In this document: positions 21,137-30,745 of the stretch, in pieces
Layout: every line of letters begins with the position of its first letter
Numbering within the stretch: position 1 is the stretch's first letter
Origin: Chloroflexota bacterium
Lineage (GTDB): Bacteria; Chloroflexota; UBA11872
Direction of reading: 5' to 3'
Assembly (NCBI GenBank): GCA_965198185.1
Contig: CBDAOU010000001.1
Coordinates: 636,310 to 700,309, forward strand
DNA: 64,000 nt
Notes under the pieces: generated by a model
Told to the model about the DNA's origin: nothing
Seen by the model: only the letters and a program-made list of their open reading frames with translations
The model's database searches: none
Program-made: the position numbers and the translations under genes

Positions 21137-22231
21137 CTATCTGACTTCGATACCGCTTCTGGCTGCGGCCTTGAGGTTCAGCTCCGAGTACTCGACCGCG
21201 CGGACGGCATCACCGTCCCTCTCGAGTCGCACAAGGGCGGCTTCCACTTCATCGACGTCCTCCGCCGCCTGCGCAAATCCCCTCACACAGTCCCAGCCAT
21301 GTGTGGTAGCCAACACCTGCACGTTGTTCGCCTGCGCCGTCTTTAGCACCATGGTCCAGAAATCACGCTGAATCGAGTGATGGATGCCGTTTTCCACTTC
21401 ATCAATTAGCAAGAACCCGTCTTTGCAGTTGGCGAGGGCTAGTGCAACGCCGAATATGCGCATAGCTCCGTCGCCGAGACTTTTCAAGGGAACCGGACTG
21501 TGATCGCCTACAATTCTTACAAATGGACGCTGGCTATAACCGCCTATATAACGCCCGTCACTGCTAACCATGGCGATACGTTCAATCTGGTCGCCAAGAG
21601 CTGCATTCAAGGCTTGGATCGCTCGCTGCTCGTCATCGGTAAGGACCGCTCTATCCCAGAATCTCGATACAGTATTATTGTCCAAGATATCCGGGCCTAG
21701 ATATTCATAGACAATCTCATTTGTTCCTGTCATCTCTGGAATGCTTTCTCGAAATCGTTTAAGAGTGATATGCGGGTGGTCAGTTAGCGTAATGCTTCGC
21801 TCGCTACCCTGGAATTCAGCGGTCAGAAGATGTCCCATATATTCTCCAAATGCTCCCTCTTTGGCCATTGGCGTGGTAACGCATACTTTGTCGGAGCTTA
21901 TCGGCCCTACTGAAAAAAAAGTGTCAGGATGGATGGTCCTGCCGTTGAATACAGCCTTCCAATTCAATACTATGATTAGATCGCCGTCATCATCGACGCC
22001 CTCTCCGTGCTCTTGTCGGTCATACAATATCTTCGATATGACAGAGTAGTCCCCGCGTGATGCAAAAACCCTTACGGCGTCAAGCAAGGTCGTTTTACCT
22101 ACGCCATTTTTGCCGGCGAACAGCGTCACGCGACCCAAGCGTCGAATCTCAAGATCGTCGATCCCGCGAAAACCGTTAATCGACAAGCTGGGAAGGTGCA
22201 GTGCTTCGGCGGTAGCTAGTATTTTAGACAT
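21137..22231 (-). CDS. ABC-type (AAA_21/AAA_15-like) ATPase
   Basis: Walker A 'GKNGVGKTT', Walker B 'LLIDEVENGIH', D-loop/H-loop 'LATTH'. 364 aa. Noticeably AT-richer than flanking genes. Confidence 0.8.
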   Translation of the reverse strand: MSKILATAEALHLPSLSINGFRGIDDLEIRRLGRVTLFAGKNGVGKTTLLDAVRVFASRGDYSVISKILYDRQEHGEGVDDDGDLIIVLNWKAVFNGRTIHPDTFFSVGPISSDKVCVTTPMAKEGAFGEYMGHLLTAEFQGSERSITLTDHPHITLKRFRESIPEMTGTNEIVYEYLGPDILDNNTVSRFWDRAVLTDDEQRAIQALNAALGDQIERIAMVSSDGRYIGGYSQRPFVRIVGDHSPVPLKSLGDGAMRIFGVALALANCKDGFLLIDEVENGIHHSIQRDFWTMVLKTAQANNVQVLATTHGWDCVRGFAQAAEDVDEVEAALVRLERDGDAVRAVEYSELNLKAAARSGIEVR

Positions 22232-22443
22232 CGCGCCGCCCCTTCCCTATCGGCGACTTGCGAAATGTGCGTGTGCACTGGCAGCCAAGGGAATTGTAGC
22301 CGCCTTTCGGCTAGCCTCTAATCCGCGCCGGAATCGGCCCAACCGCGCGCTGTGCCATCCAGGCGGATACCCTGGCCTTTCAAGATTGGCTGACGGGATT
22401 AGGCGCTCGTTCGGCGCCTGGCATTGTGCGAGCGGGCCGCGCG

Positions 22444-23364
22444 TCAAACCTCCCCCTCCGCCCACGCCCGGATCAGATGGTGCGCGATGGCGAAATTGCC
22501 GGGCACGCGTAGCTCGGGATCGGCGCCGGCGAGGGCTCGCAGCACGGTGGCGCGGTCGAACCAGCGCACGGCCTGCATCTCCACGTCGTCGGGGCGCAGG
22601 TCAAGCGTGAGCGCGTCGGCGTGGCAGCCGATCATCAGCGACGAGGGAAACGGCCAGGGCTGCGACGAGTGGTAGCGCACCGCGCCCACCTGGATGCCGG
22701 CTTCCTCGGCCACTTCGCGCCGCACGGCTTCCTCGATGGACTCTCCCTGGTCCATGAATCCGGCCAGCGCCGAAAACATGCGCTGGCTCGCCAGCCGGCC
22801 GCGGGATTGCCCCAGCAGGCAGCGGTCGCCGTCGGCGACCACCACGATCACCACCGGGTCCGTGCGCGGGAAGTGCTCCGCGCCGCAATGCCCGCAGCGG
22901 CGCTGCTGGCCGCCGCGCAGCGGCGCGGTGGGCTGGCCGCACCGGCTGCAAAAGCGATGGCGCGCGTGCCAGTCCACGTTCGCGCGCGCCTGCGCCGCGA
23001 TGCCGGCCTCGGCGGCGGGGAGCAGGACCGCGGCCCCGCGCAGCTCAATAAAGCGCCGCGCGCCGCCTTCGGTCAGGTCGCCGGGATGGTCCGAGACGTC
23101 CACGGCAAAGTGCGCCACGCCGTCCCCGAGCCCCAGCAGATAGCGCGGGCCGTCCACCCGCATCTCGACCAGCCAGCGACCCGTCCGCCAGGCCAAGCGC
23201 GTGGCGGCGGTTTCGTGCACCAAGACTTCCAGCCGTCGCAGCGGCAGGAAGACGCTGGCCGGGTCCCGCTCGCGCCGCGCGATCCACGCCGGGTCGCGCC
23301 GCTCGTGCTCGGCGCGATCCAGCCGGTTTCCGCTGAAGGTGTGTGGACGAGTCACAGGCGGCAA
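22444..23364 (-). CDS. nudC: NAD+ diphosphatase (NADH pyrophosphatase)
   Basis: Zinc ribbon 'CSRCGQPTAPLRGGQQRRCGHCG' followed by a Nudix box 'GFMDQGESIEEAVRREVAEEAG'. Confidence 0.8.
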   Translation of the reverse strand: MPPVTRPHTFSGNRLDRAEHERRDPAWIARRERDPASVFLPLRRLEVLVHETAATRLAWRTGRWLVEMRVDGPRYLLGLGDGVAHFAVDVSDHPGDLTEGGARRFIELRGAAVLLPAAEAGIAAQARANVDWHARHRFCSRCGQPTAPLRGGQQRRCGHCGAEHFPRTDPVVIVVVADGDRCLLGQSRGRLASQRMFSALAGFMDQGESIEEAVRREVAEEAGIQVGAVRYHSSQPWPFPSSLMIGCHADALTLDLRPDDVEMQAVRWFDRATVLRALAGADPELRVPGNFAIAHHLIRAWAEGEV

Positions 23365-23406
23365 CGCATGCTGCTAGCGGTCATTTGTCTCGTGTTGGAG
23401 AACGTC

Positions 23407-23721
23407 ATGCCGCGCATCGCTTTTGCCCTGCCGATCAAGCCCGACAAGATTGACGCCTACCGGGAGACTCACGCCAACGTGTGGCCCGAGTTGCTGGCCG
23501 AGAATACCGTCGCGGGCCTTCGCAACTACACCATCGTGCTCTTCGGCCATCACGCCATCGGCCTGCTGGAGTGCGACGACTGGGATGCCGCGACGGCGTA
23601 CCTGGCGAAGTCGGAATCGCAGCTGCGCTGGCAAGAGCTGCACAAGGACATCCTGGACGTGGACATGAGCACGGGCCTGGTGCCGCTGGAGATGCTGGAC
23701 GAGCTTTTCCACCAGGACTGA
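23407..23721 (+). CDS. L-rhamnose mutarotase-like (RhaM/DUF718 family) protein
   Basis: 104 aa. 'MPRIAFALPIKPDKIDAYRETHANVWPELLAE...NYTIVLFGH' resembles RhaM 'M.R.AF.M.V.P....Y...H.PIWPEL'. Confidence 0.6.
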   Translation: MPRIAFALPIKPDKIDAYRETHANVWPELLAENTVAGLRNYTIVLFGHHAIGLLECDDWDAATAYLAKSESQLRWQELHKDILDVDMSTGLVPLEMLDELFHQD

Positions 23722-23841
23722 CGGGGAAGTTCGTCCGGCGTGGCGCTGCGGGATATATCATTCGTGACTGCGCGATTCAGCGCGCCGCCGGTGGCGGGCC
23801 CGCGCCCGCGACCCTTTTCCTGACTTCTCAAAGGACCTGCC

Positions 23842-25530
23842 ATGCCTCCGTTGCCGCGACCCAACAGCGCCGCCATGACCGAAGGCCCGGCGCGCGCCCC
23901 CGCACGCTCAATGCTCAAGTCCATCGGCTTCGCCGACGAGGACCTGCGACGTCCGATCGTCGGTGTGGCGCACCAGTGGATCGAGACCATGCCGTGCAAC
24001 TTCAACCACCGCGAGATGGCCGAGCACGTCAAGGCCGGGGTGCGGGCGGCGGGCGGCATGCCGGTGGAATTCAACACCATCTCCGTCTCCGACGGCGTGG
24101 CGATGGGCACCGAGGGGATGCGCGCATCGCTGGTGAGCCGCGAGGTCATCGCCGACTCGATCGAGCTGGCGGCGCGGGGCCACTGCATCGACGCGCTGGT
24201 GGTGCTCGTCGGCTGCGACAAGACCATTCCGGCGGGCGCGATGGTGCTGGCGCGGCTCAACCTGCCCGGGCTGGCGTTCTACACCGGCAGCATCGCCCCG
24301 GGCGTTCACCGCGGCCGCGACGTCACCATTCAAGACGTGTTTGAAGGCGTGGGCTCGCACGCGGCGGGGCGCATCGACGACGCCGAGCTGTTGGCCCTGG
24401 AGGACGCCGCCTGTCCCGGCGCCGGGGCCTGCGGGGGGCAGTTCACCGCCAACACCATGGCCACCGCGCTGGAGTTCCTGGGTATAAGCCCGGCGGGCGC
24501 CAACGCGGTTCCGGCCACCAACGCGGCCAAGGCGCAGGCGGCGGTTGCCGCCGGCGAGCTGGCCGTCGACCTGCTGCGGCGCGATGTGCGCCCGCGCGAG
24601 GTCATCACCCGCGCGTCCATGGAGAACGCCATTGCCTCGCTCGCGGCGACCGGCGGCTCGACCAACGCGGTGCTGCACCTCATGGCCATTGCCCACGAGG
24701 CCGGCGTTGCGCTCGAGTTGGAGGACTTCGACCGCATCGCCGAGCGCACGCCGATCATCACCGACCTCAAGCCCACCGGCCGCTACGTGGCATCGGATGT
24801 CCATGCGGCCGGTGGCCTGGCCGTCGTCGCCGCCGAGCTGGCGTCGCGCGACTTGCTGCATGCGGACGCGCGCAACGTCGACGGCCGGACCGTGGCGGAG
24901 ATTGCCGCCGCCGCGCAGCGGTCGGACGCCGCCGGTGACGTGATCACGAGCATCGACGCGCCGGTCAAGGCCAGCGGCGGGATCGCCATTCTGCGCGGCA
25001 ATCTGGCTCCCGACGGCTGCGTCGCCAAGGTCTCCGGACAGGAGGCGACGCCCTTCAGCGGGCCGGCTCGGGTCTTCGACGGCGAGGCCGCGTGCTACGC
25101 GGCTCTTGAGGCTGGTCAGATTGCTCCCGGCGACTTCGTGGTGATTCGCTACGAGGGGCCGGTGGGCGGTCCCGGCATGCGCGAGATGCTGCAGGTGACG
25201 GGCGCGCTGCAGGGCGCGGGCCTGGGCGACTCCGTGGCCCTGATGACGGACGGACGGTTTTCGGGCGCCTCCCACGGCCGCATGGTCGGGCACGTGGCGC
25301 CCGAGGCCGCCCATGGCGGGGCCATTGCGATCGTGCGCGACGGCGACCGCATCACCCTCGATCCCGTGGGTCGCCGGCTGCAGGTTGCTCTCTCGGACGA
25401 GGAAATCGCCGAGCGCCTGGCGGCCTGGAGCCCGCCGCCGGCGCGCTATCCCGGCGGCGTGATGGCCAAATACGCCGCGCAGGTGTCGTCGGCGAGCGCG
25501 GGAGCCGTGACCAGCATCTTCACGCCCTAG
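23842..25530 (+). CDS. ilvD: IlvD/EDD-family dehydratase (dihydroxy-acid or sugar-acid dehydratase)
   Basis: '[10 protein letters not shown]' and '[16 protein letters not shown]' Fe-S cluster motifs, C-terminal 'SGASHG'. Start possibly at the internal Met at 23875. Confidence 0.85.
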   Translation: MPPLPRPNSAAMTEGPARAPARSMLKSIGFADEDLRRPIVGVAHQWIETMPCNFNHREMAEHVKAGVRAAGGMPVEFNTISVSDGVAMGTEGMRASLVSREVIADSIELAARGHCIDALVVLVGCDKTIPAGAMVLARLNLPGLAFYTGSIAPGVHRGRDVTIQDVFEGVGSHAAGRIDDAELLALEDAACPGAGACGGQFTANTMATALEFLGISPAGANAVPATNAAKAQAAVAAGELAVDLLRRDVRPREVITRASMENAIASLAATGGSTNAVLHLMAIAHEAGVALELEDFDRIAERTPIITDLKPTGRYVASDVHAAGGLAVVAAELASRDLLHADARNVDGRTVAEIAAAAQRSDAAGDVITSIDAPVKASGGIAILRGNLAPDGCVAKVSGQEATPFSGPARVFDGEAACYAALEAGQIAPGDFVVIRYEGPVGGPGMREMLQVTGALQGAGLGDSVALMTDGRFSGASHGRMVGHVAPEAAHGGAIAIVRDGDRITLDPVGRRLQVALSDEEIAERLAAWSPPPARYPGGVMAKYAAQVSSASAGAVTSIFTP

Positions 25531-25559
25531 GAAGGGTCTGTCTTAGGCCCTTGGCTTGA

Positions 25560-25611
25560 CCCCAATCCGTTCGGTGACCCCTTCGACAAGCTCAGGGCGA
25601 ACGGATTGGGG
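25560..25611. repeat. REP-like palindromic element: 14-bp arms CCCCAATCCGTTCG / CGAACGGATTGGGG around a 24-nt loop
   Basis: Perfect 14-bp inverted repeat between convergent genes (ilvD stop / GPP34 stop). A second copy lies at 29620-29671. Confidence 0.7.
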
Positions 25612-25677
25612 CCCTACGTGCGACGGGTCTCTACTTGCTTAGAGGCCCCCTAGTCGCCCGCCGCCCGGGGGCGGCTG

Positions 25678-26328
25678 CTACATGGGCGGGTGCAGGGCCA
25701 TTGCCAGGGACGTCTCGATGTCCCAGACGGCCTGCGAGATGGCCTGGCCGATCAGGTCCAGCTTGCGCACCTGCTCGATGCGCGCGGACGCGAGCGCCAG
25801 CTCACGGCTGGACAGCAGCGCCTGGAAGATGCCGCAGGCCTCGGCGAGGCAGACGATGACGATGTCGCGCGGGTCGGGAATCTCGTCGCTGAACAGCACG
25901 GCCATGATCCGCAGCTTGACCTCGCGGTCGGCCTTGCCGTCCACGGCCGGGTAGCGCCGCGACTTGAACACCCACAGAAAGCTCTCGTCCCGACGCTCGA
26001 GGATGCCTTGATCGACGAGGCGGCCCAGCGCGCGGTCGCGAATCTGGTCGGTGTGTCTAGCGGTCTGGTGGACCCAGTGGGCGGCGTCGTGCGTCTTGTC
26101 GGCCTGCGCGATTCTGGCCAGCGTCGGGTCGAGCAGATCGTCGCCGACCGGCGTCGCGTCGACCAGGACGAGCTGCTTGAGGTCGGTGTCGATGCGGTTC
26201 TCCAACGCCAGGTCCATGAGCACCGCGCCCGCCAGCGCGCAGCGCAGCGACCAGTCGGAGACGTGGAGGAAGTCCCCGCCCTCGTCATCGAGCATGAGCA
26301 GCATGATCTCTTCGGCGAATCTCAGCAC
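25678..26328 (-). CDS. GPP34/GOLPH3-family protein
   Basis: 216 aa. 'EEIMLLMLDDEGG...' resembles the GOLPH3/Vps74 (GPP34) family. Confidence 0.65.
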   Translation of the reverse strand: MLRFAEEIMLLMLDDEGGDFLHVSDWSLRCALAGAVLMDLALENRIDTDLKQLVLVDATPVGDDLLDPTLARIAQADKTHDAAHWVHQTARHTDQIRDRALGRLVDQGILERRDESFLWVFKSRRYPAVDGKADREVKLRIMAVLFSDEIPDPRDIVIVCLAEACGIFQALLSSRELALASARIEQVRKLDLIGQAISQAVWDIETSLAMALHPPM

Positions 26329-26657
26329 CGGCCACGCTCCTTGTCGCGCTTCACGAACCTGGCAAGCCTGCCGCTAGCATATCGCTCCACCCGCGACGGT
26401 GTCCGAGTTGGGCTCGGCGGGAAGGAGCGGGACGAGCCCACGCTCGGGTGCCGAACGTTCCGGAGTCGTCGGTCAGGCGACGGCGGGCCCGATCCATAAT
26501 GTCCGCTGGTGACGATATGGGCGTGGAAGCCGTCCATAGGTGCGGCTGCCGATAATATGGCCGGTGCTGGATCCCTATAAATGCTGCTAGTGATAATAAG
26601 GAGCCCAGTTTTCCCCATACATACCCGAAGTGATAGCATGAGGACGGCCCTACCCCC

Positions 26658-27890
26658 ATGTTGCTGGTTCCGAACATATGGAAAAGCCCCGCCGCCGGAG
26701 ACGCCATGTCCGCAGTTGAGGCAACCAACGCAGCCACCGGTCAGCGCGCCGGGCGCTACGTTACCCAGCCGCAGGGCTATCGAGCGTTTATGCCATTCCC
26801 GTTGCCCCCGGAGCCGCCGGTGCGTCTGGAAGCCGAGCTGCAAACCCTGCTCTCCCAAGCGGACCAAGCCCTGGGCCGGCTGGACGGCTCGATCCAAACG
26901 CTGCCGGACCCGGACCTCTTCGTGTTCATGTACGTGCGCAAGGAGGCCGTGCTCTCCAGCCAGATCGAGGGCACGCAGAGCTCCCTGCAGGACGTGCTGG
27001 CCGCCGAGGCCCGAATCCGCTCGCCGGACCGGCCGCGCGACGTCGACGAGGTCATCAACTACGTGACCGCCATGAGTCACGGCCTGGACCGCTTGCAGAC
27101 GCTGCCGCTGTCAATTCGCTTGATCCGGGAGATTCATGCCCGGCTGTTGCACGGCGTTCGCGGATCCCGGATGCAGCCGGGCGAGCTGCGCACCAGCCAG
27201 AACTGGATCGGTCCTGCCGGATCCACGCTCAATGACGCCATGTTCATCCCCCCGCCGCCGCGGGAGGTGCCGCACGCACTCGGAGCGCTGGAGGGCTTTG
27301 TTCACAGCCCCAGTGAGTTGCCGGTGCTGGTCCAGATTGGCCTGATCCACGCTCAGTTCGAGACGATCCATCCGTTTCTTGACGGAAACGGCCGTGTCGG
27401 CCGGCTGCTCATCACCTTCCTGCTGTGCCAGCGCGGAATTCTCGGGCAGCCGGTGCTCTACCTCTCGCACTTCTTCCGGCAGTACCGCAGTGAGTACTAC
27501 GATCGGCTGCAGGCCGTGCGGGACAGCGGCGATTGGGAAGGCTGGCTGGCCTTCTTCCTGCGCGGCGCGGCGGCGGTTAGCGCCGAGGCCGCGCAGACGG
27601 TGCGCCGCATCCTCACCCTGCGTGAGGAACATCGAACCCTGGTCACGGAGCGCCTGGGCCGCGCCGCCGCCGACGGCCATCGCGTGCTCGGCCACCTGTA
27701 CCGGCGGCCGTTCCTCACCGTTGCCCATGTGCCGGCAATCACGGGGACCAACTATCCCGCCGCCAACCGCCTGGTCGCCCGGCTCGTCCGGATCGGGGTG
27801 TTGGAGGAGATTACGAGCAGCCGGCGCAACCGCGTGTTCCGCTACGGTCCGTACTTGCGGGTCCTGGAGGGCGGCGAGACGGACGAGTAG
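26658..27890 (+). CDS. fic: Fic-family protein (adenylyltransferase/AMPylase family)
   Basis: Canonical Fic motif 'HPFLDGNGRVGRLL' and an N-terminal 'GYRAFMPFPLPP' region typical of class-III/long Fic proteins. Start at 26658 or 26706. Confidence 0.85.
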   Translation: MLLVPNIWKSPAAGDAMSAVEATNAATGQRAGRYVTQPQGYRAFMPFPLPPEPPVRLEAELQTLLSQADQALGRLDGSIQTLPDPDLFVFMYVRKEAVLSSQIEGTQSSLQDVLAAEARIRSPDRPRDVDEVINYVTAMSHGLDRLQTLPLSIRLIREIHARLLHGVRGSRMQPGELRTSQNWIGPAGSTLNDAMFIPPPPREVPHALGALEGFVHSPSELPVLVQIGLIHAQFETIHPFLDGNGRVGRLLITFLLCQRGILGQPVLYLSHFFRQYRSEYYDRLQAVRDSGDWEGWLAFFLRGAAAVSAEAAQTVRRILTLREEHRTLVTERLGRAAADGHRVLGHLYRRPFLTVAHVPAITGTNYPAANRLVARLVRIGVLEEITSSRRNRVFRYGPYLRVLEGGETDE

Positions 27891-27977
27891 CCCGCCCTCG
27901 TCTCATTCGCGAGCACCGTCTCCGTCACCAGCACCCGCACGCCCGCCCAGCCCTTGGCCTGAGCGCGGGGTGCCAGC

Positions 27978-28913
27978 TCAGCGTGCGTCGAGGGTGATGG
28001 TCTCGAGAAACACGCCGAGGCTCGTGAGATCCAACTCGTCCCCGTCCTGAGTAATCGCGACCATCCGGCGTGCGTATTCGCCGGGCGGCAGCGGCCCGCC
28101 GCTTGTCTCCGAGGCAAGGTCTTCGGGCAGCGGGACGCCGAAACTCAGCGACGGCGGGTCGATTTGGAAGACTTCCGTATAGGTCTGGGCGCCGCCGGCC
28201 AGGGTCAAGGAAACTCGGGCGATGGGCTTGTTGAATCGGCAGCCGACCCTGTTGGCGCTGTCAGCCGCTGTGCGCAGCCGGTCGTCGAGTGAGCGCAACA
28301 CGATGCTCAGGTCGCCTCCGATGTCTGTGCTGTCACACCCGCCGGTCAACTCGACCGCGCCAGGGACGTGCAGGCCGAATTCGTAGGCGACCTCGTTGTA
28401 GCGCCGACCGAGGGGAGCGCTGGCGTCCGTGTATTGCCATTGCCCGATGACGCGGATGTGGTAGTCCCCGGGGTCCAGGTCGAGATCGAGCGCGGGATAG
28501 TTCGGTCCCAGTTGCAGGAAGTCGACCATCAGGTTCCCGTGCCGGGTGAACACCTGCGCGAATACGTTGTCGGGCCTGGTCTCGGACTCAATCGTGACGG
28601 GAATTCGCTTGCCAGGGACGGCCTCGGGGTAGGCATTCACCCCCGACCAGATGTCGTATTCGTGGCAGACGCGACTGGACTCGGTTCCGAGGGGCCAGCA
28701 GTAGGAGTGGGGCGAGCCCCAGATCGACCCGCTGGGATGCACCAGCCACATCACCGGCAGCGGAGGGACCGGCCAACTGTCCGGCCACACCCGCGTGGTT
28801 GCCGGCATGGCGTCGTCGCGTGCGGCCGGCTGCGCTCCGCCGTCCGGGCCGCACGCGATTGCCGGCAGCGTCACGACGAGGGCCGCCAAGAATCCCTTCA
28901 GCGCGCGTGTCAT
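27978..28913 (-). CDS. hypothetical secreted lipoprotein
   Basis: Start at 'MTRALKGFLAALVVTLPAIAC' (signal peptide plus lipobox) inside the longer ORF 27978..29075. No recognisable domain. Confidence 0.5.
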   Translation of the reverse strand: MTRALKGFLAALVVTLPAIACGPDGGAQPAARDDAMPATTRVWPDSWPVPPLPVMWLVHPSGSIWGSPHSYCWPLGTESSRVCHEYDIWSGVNAYPEAVPGKRIPVTIESETRPDNVFAQVFTRHGNLMVDFLQLGPNYPALDLDLDPGDYHIRVIGQWQYTDASAPLGRRYNEVAYEFGLHVPGAVELTGGCDSTDIGGDLSIVLRSLDDRLRTAADSANRVGCRFNKPIARVSLTLAGGAQTYTEVFQIDPPSLSFGVPLPEDLASETSGGPLPPGEYARRMVAITQDGDELDLTSLGVFLETITLDAR

Positions 28914-29032
28914 GCGTGCAATCCCAATCCGTTGGGTGCGGGCCACCGGCCGTCCGTTGTGACTGCCGATTGTATGGCGCCCTCCCGCGTGTATGTTGCG
29001 GTGTCGGTGGGCCTTGATGGTTGGCGTGCAAC

Positions 29033-29542
29033 ATGACGGACATTGCGATCGAGGACTGCCGACCGGGCGATCCATACGACCAAGCGGCGCACGACCTCGC
29101 CGAGGCTTTGGGCCAGGCTGAGTACTTCGCGTATGACGCCGAGTGGCACCTGGAAACGCACACGCTGATCTCGGTCGCCTCAGGCTGTTTGGTGGGGTTT
29201 CTCCGCTTCGCCGTTCAGGAGATCGGATCCGACTGTGACCGACCCAGCCTTACCCTGCGCGGCAAGCCCATGCGCGAGGCATACGTTCTGGCATTTGGCG
29301 TCGCGGAGGATCACCGCCGCCGCGGCGTGGGAACCGCGCTGCAGAATGAGTTGATCGAGAGAGCCACAGCCCTCGGCTGCTTTCAGGTGCGCTCGCGGAG
29401 TGCCGGTGAGCGCCTGGCCAATCACGCGCTTAAGGTCTCGCTTGGATTTGGCGTGCATCCCACCAAGGCCACGGATGGCGCCGTGTTCTTCGTGCTGCCC
29501 TTGCCGGAGGCGGCGCGATCACGAGACGGGCTTCGAGACTAA
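29033..29542 (+). CDS. GNAT-family N-acetyltransferase
   Basis: 'AFGVAEDHRRRGVGTALQNELIERA' is the acetyl-CoA binding motif A (R/Q-x-x-G-x-G/A). Confidence 0.7.
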   Translation: MTDIAIEDCRPGDPYDQAAHDLAEALGQAEYFAYDAEWHLETHTLISVASGCLVGFLRFAVQEIGSDCDRPSLTLRGKPMREAYVLAFGVAEDHRRRGVGTALQNELIERATALGCFQVRSRSAGERLANHALKVSLGFGVHPTKATDGAVFFVLPLPEAARSRDGLRD

Positions 29543-29619
29543 GGGCCGCAGTATTTGGGAGCGCCCTGATCGATCCCGAGGAAACCTGTGAGCAAGTAGA
29601 GCCCTATGGCGTACATGGA

Positions 29620-29671
29620 CCCCAATCCGTTCGATCACCCCTTCGACTGGCTCAGGGCGAACGGATTGAGG
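29620..29671. repeat. REP-like palindromic element, second copy (one arm mismatch)
   Basis: CCCCAATCCGTTCG...CGAACGGATTGAGG between the convergent GNAT and Gfo/Idh/MocA genes. 'TAGAGCCC' occurs on both flanks (29598-29605 and 29673-29680). Confidence 0.7.
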
Positions 29672-29700
29672 TAGAGCCCACGGCCTTGCTCAGACCTTTC

Positions 29701-30681
29701 CTAGATTCCGCCCCCAAGCGGCTGCCCAAGGGCGTCGAGCCGGCAGACTTGCTCCAGCAGCCGCATGCTGTGCACCACGTCGTGGATGCTGGTGAGCGGC
29801 TCGCGGCCCTCGCGCACGCAGTCCCGGAAATCACGGTGCAGGGCAGCCACCCCATCGTCCAGCTGCCCGTGCGGGTCGCCGGTGAGGCTGGCGGCGTCGA
29901 GGATTTCGGGCGCGTCGGCGCCGTCGGCGAAGACCTCGCCATAGGAGGGCGGGCGCAAGTAGGCGCTGATGCCGTTGCCGTGCAGCTCGATCCGGTAGTA
30001 ACGGCTGCCGGCGTGACCGATGGCCGTGTGCACCGCCAGCGCGCCTGACGTGAACGCGATGACGGACTGGCTGGCGTTCATCCAATCGGTGTAGGCGTTG
30101 TCAACGCGGGCGTGCGCCTCGTCCCACTCCCCGCCGCACACCCAGCGGATGAAGTCGACCATGTGGATGTCGCGGTCGTACATCACGTTGATCCGCAGCG
30201 ACTCCGGCGGCTGCTGCGCGGGGTGCTTGTTCATGCCCGCCAGCACGAAGCGGATGGGGCCGCGGGCCTCCAGGCGTTGCTTGGCGGCGCGGATCAGCGG
30301 CGTCCAACGCCGTTGCAGCGCCACGCACGCCAGCCGGTCGTTGCGCCGGGCGGCCGCGGCAATGCGGGCCGCCTCCGTCGAGTTGGCGCCGGGCGGCTTC
30401 TCGACCATCACGTGCTTGCCCGCGTCCAGCGCGTCCACGGCGACCTGGCAGACGTGGTAGGGCTGCATGATGGCGTAGACCACGTCGCAGTCGACCTCGT
30501 CGAGCATGCGGCGGTAGTCGGTAAATCGCCGCGGGATGTCAAAGGTATCCCCGGCGCGCGCCAGCCGCTCCGGGTCCAGGTCGCAGACGGCCTCGAGGCT
30601 GACGTCGTCCGCGTCCGCGAGCTGGGGGTAGTGCGCCCGCGTCGCCCGTCCTCCGGCCCCGATCATGGCGGCCTTGAGCAT
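29701..30681 (-). CDS. Gfo/Idh/MocA-family NAD(P)-dependent oxidoreductase
   Basis: N-terminal Rossmann 'MIGAGGRATRAHYP', 'EKP' motif (VMVEKPPG) and a C-terminal alpha/beta domain. Confidence 0.85.
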   Translation of the reverse strand: MLKAAMIGAGGRATRAHYPQLADADDVSLEAVCDLDPERLARAGDTFDIPRRFTDYRRMLDEVDCDVVYAIMQPYHVCQVAVDALDAGKHVMVEKPPGANSTEAARIAAAARRNDRLACVALQRRWTPLIRAAKQRLEARGPIRFVLAGMNKHPAQQPPESLRINVMYDRDIHMVDFIRWVCGGEWDEAHARVDNAYTDWMNASQSVIAFTSGALAVHTAIGHAGSRYYRIELHGNGISAYLRPPSYGEVFADGADAPEILDAASLTGDPHGQLDDGVAALHRDFRDCVREGREPLTSIHDVVHSMRLLEQVCRLDALGQPLGGGI

Positions 30682-30745
30682 GGCCCGCTCCCGGTCGCTG
30701 TCGTTTACGCGCAGAGTCTAGTATGGACGGCCTCGCGCCCGCGGA

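Noticed and set aside
22621-23721. 366-aa plus-strand ORF
   Set aside because: The first ~260 codons are the antisense shadow of nudC. Only the final 104 codons (rhaM-like, from the ATG at 23407) are kept.
23908-25314. 468-aa minus-strand ORF
   Set aside because: Antisense of the IlvD/EDD dehydratase.
28922-28948. Third full REP element
   Set aside because: Only one arm (CCCAATCCGTT) plus the GGGCCACCGGCCG motif is present. It is a degenerate fragment, not a complete palindrome.
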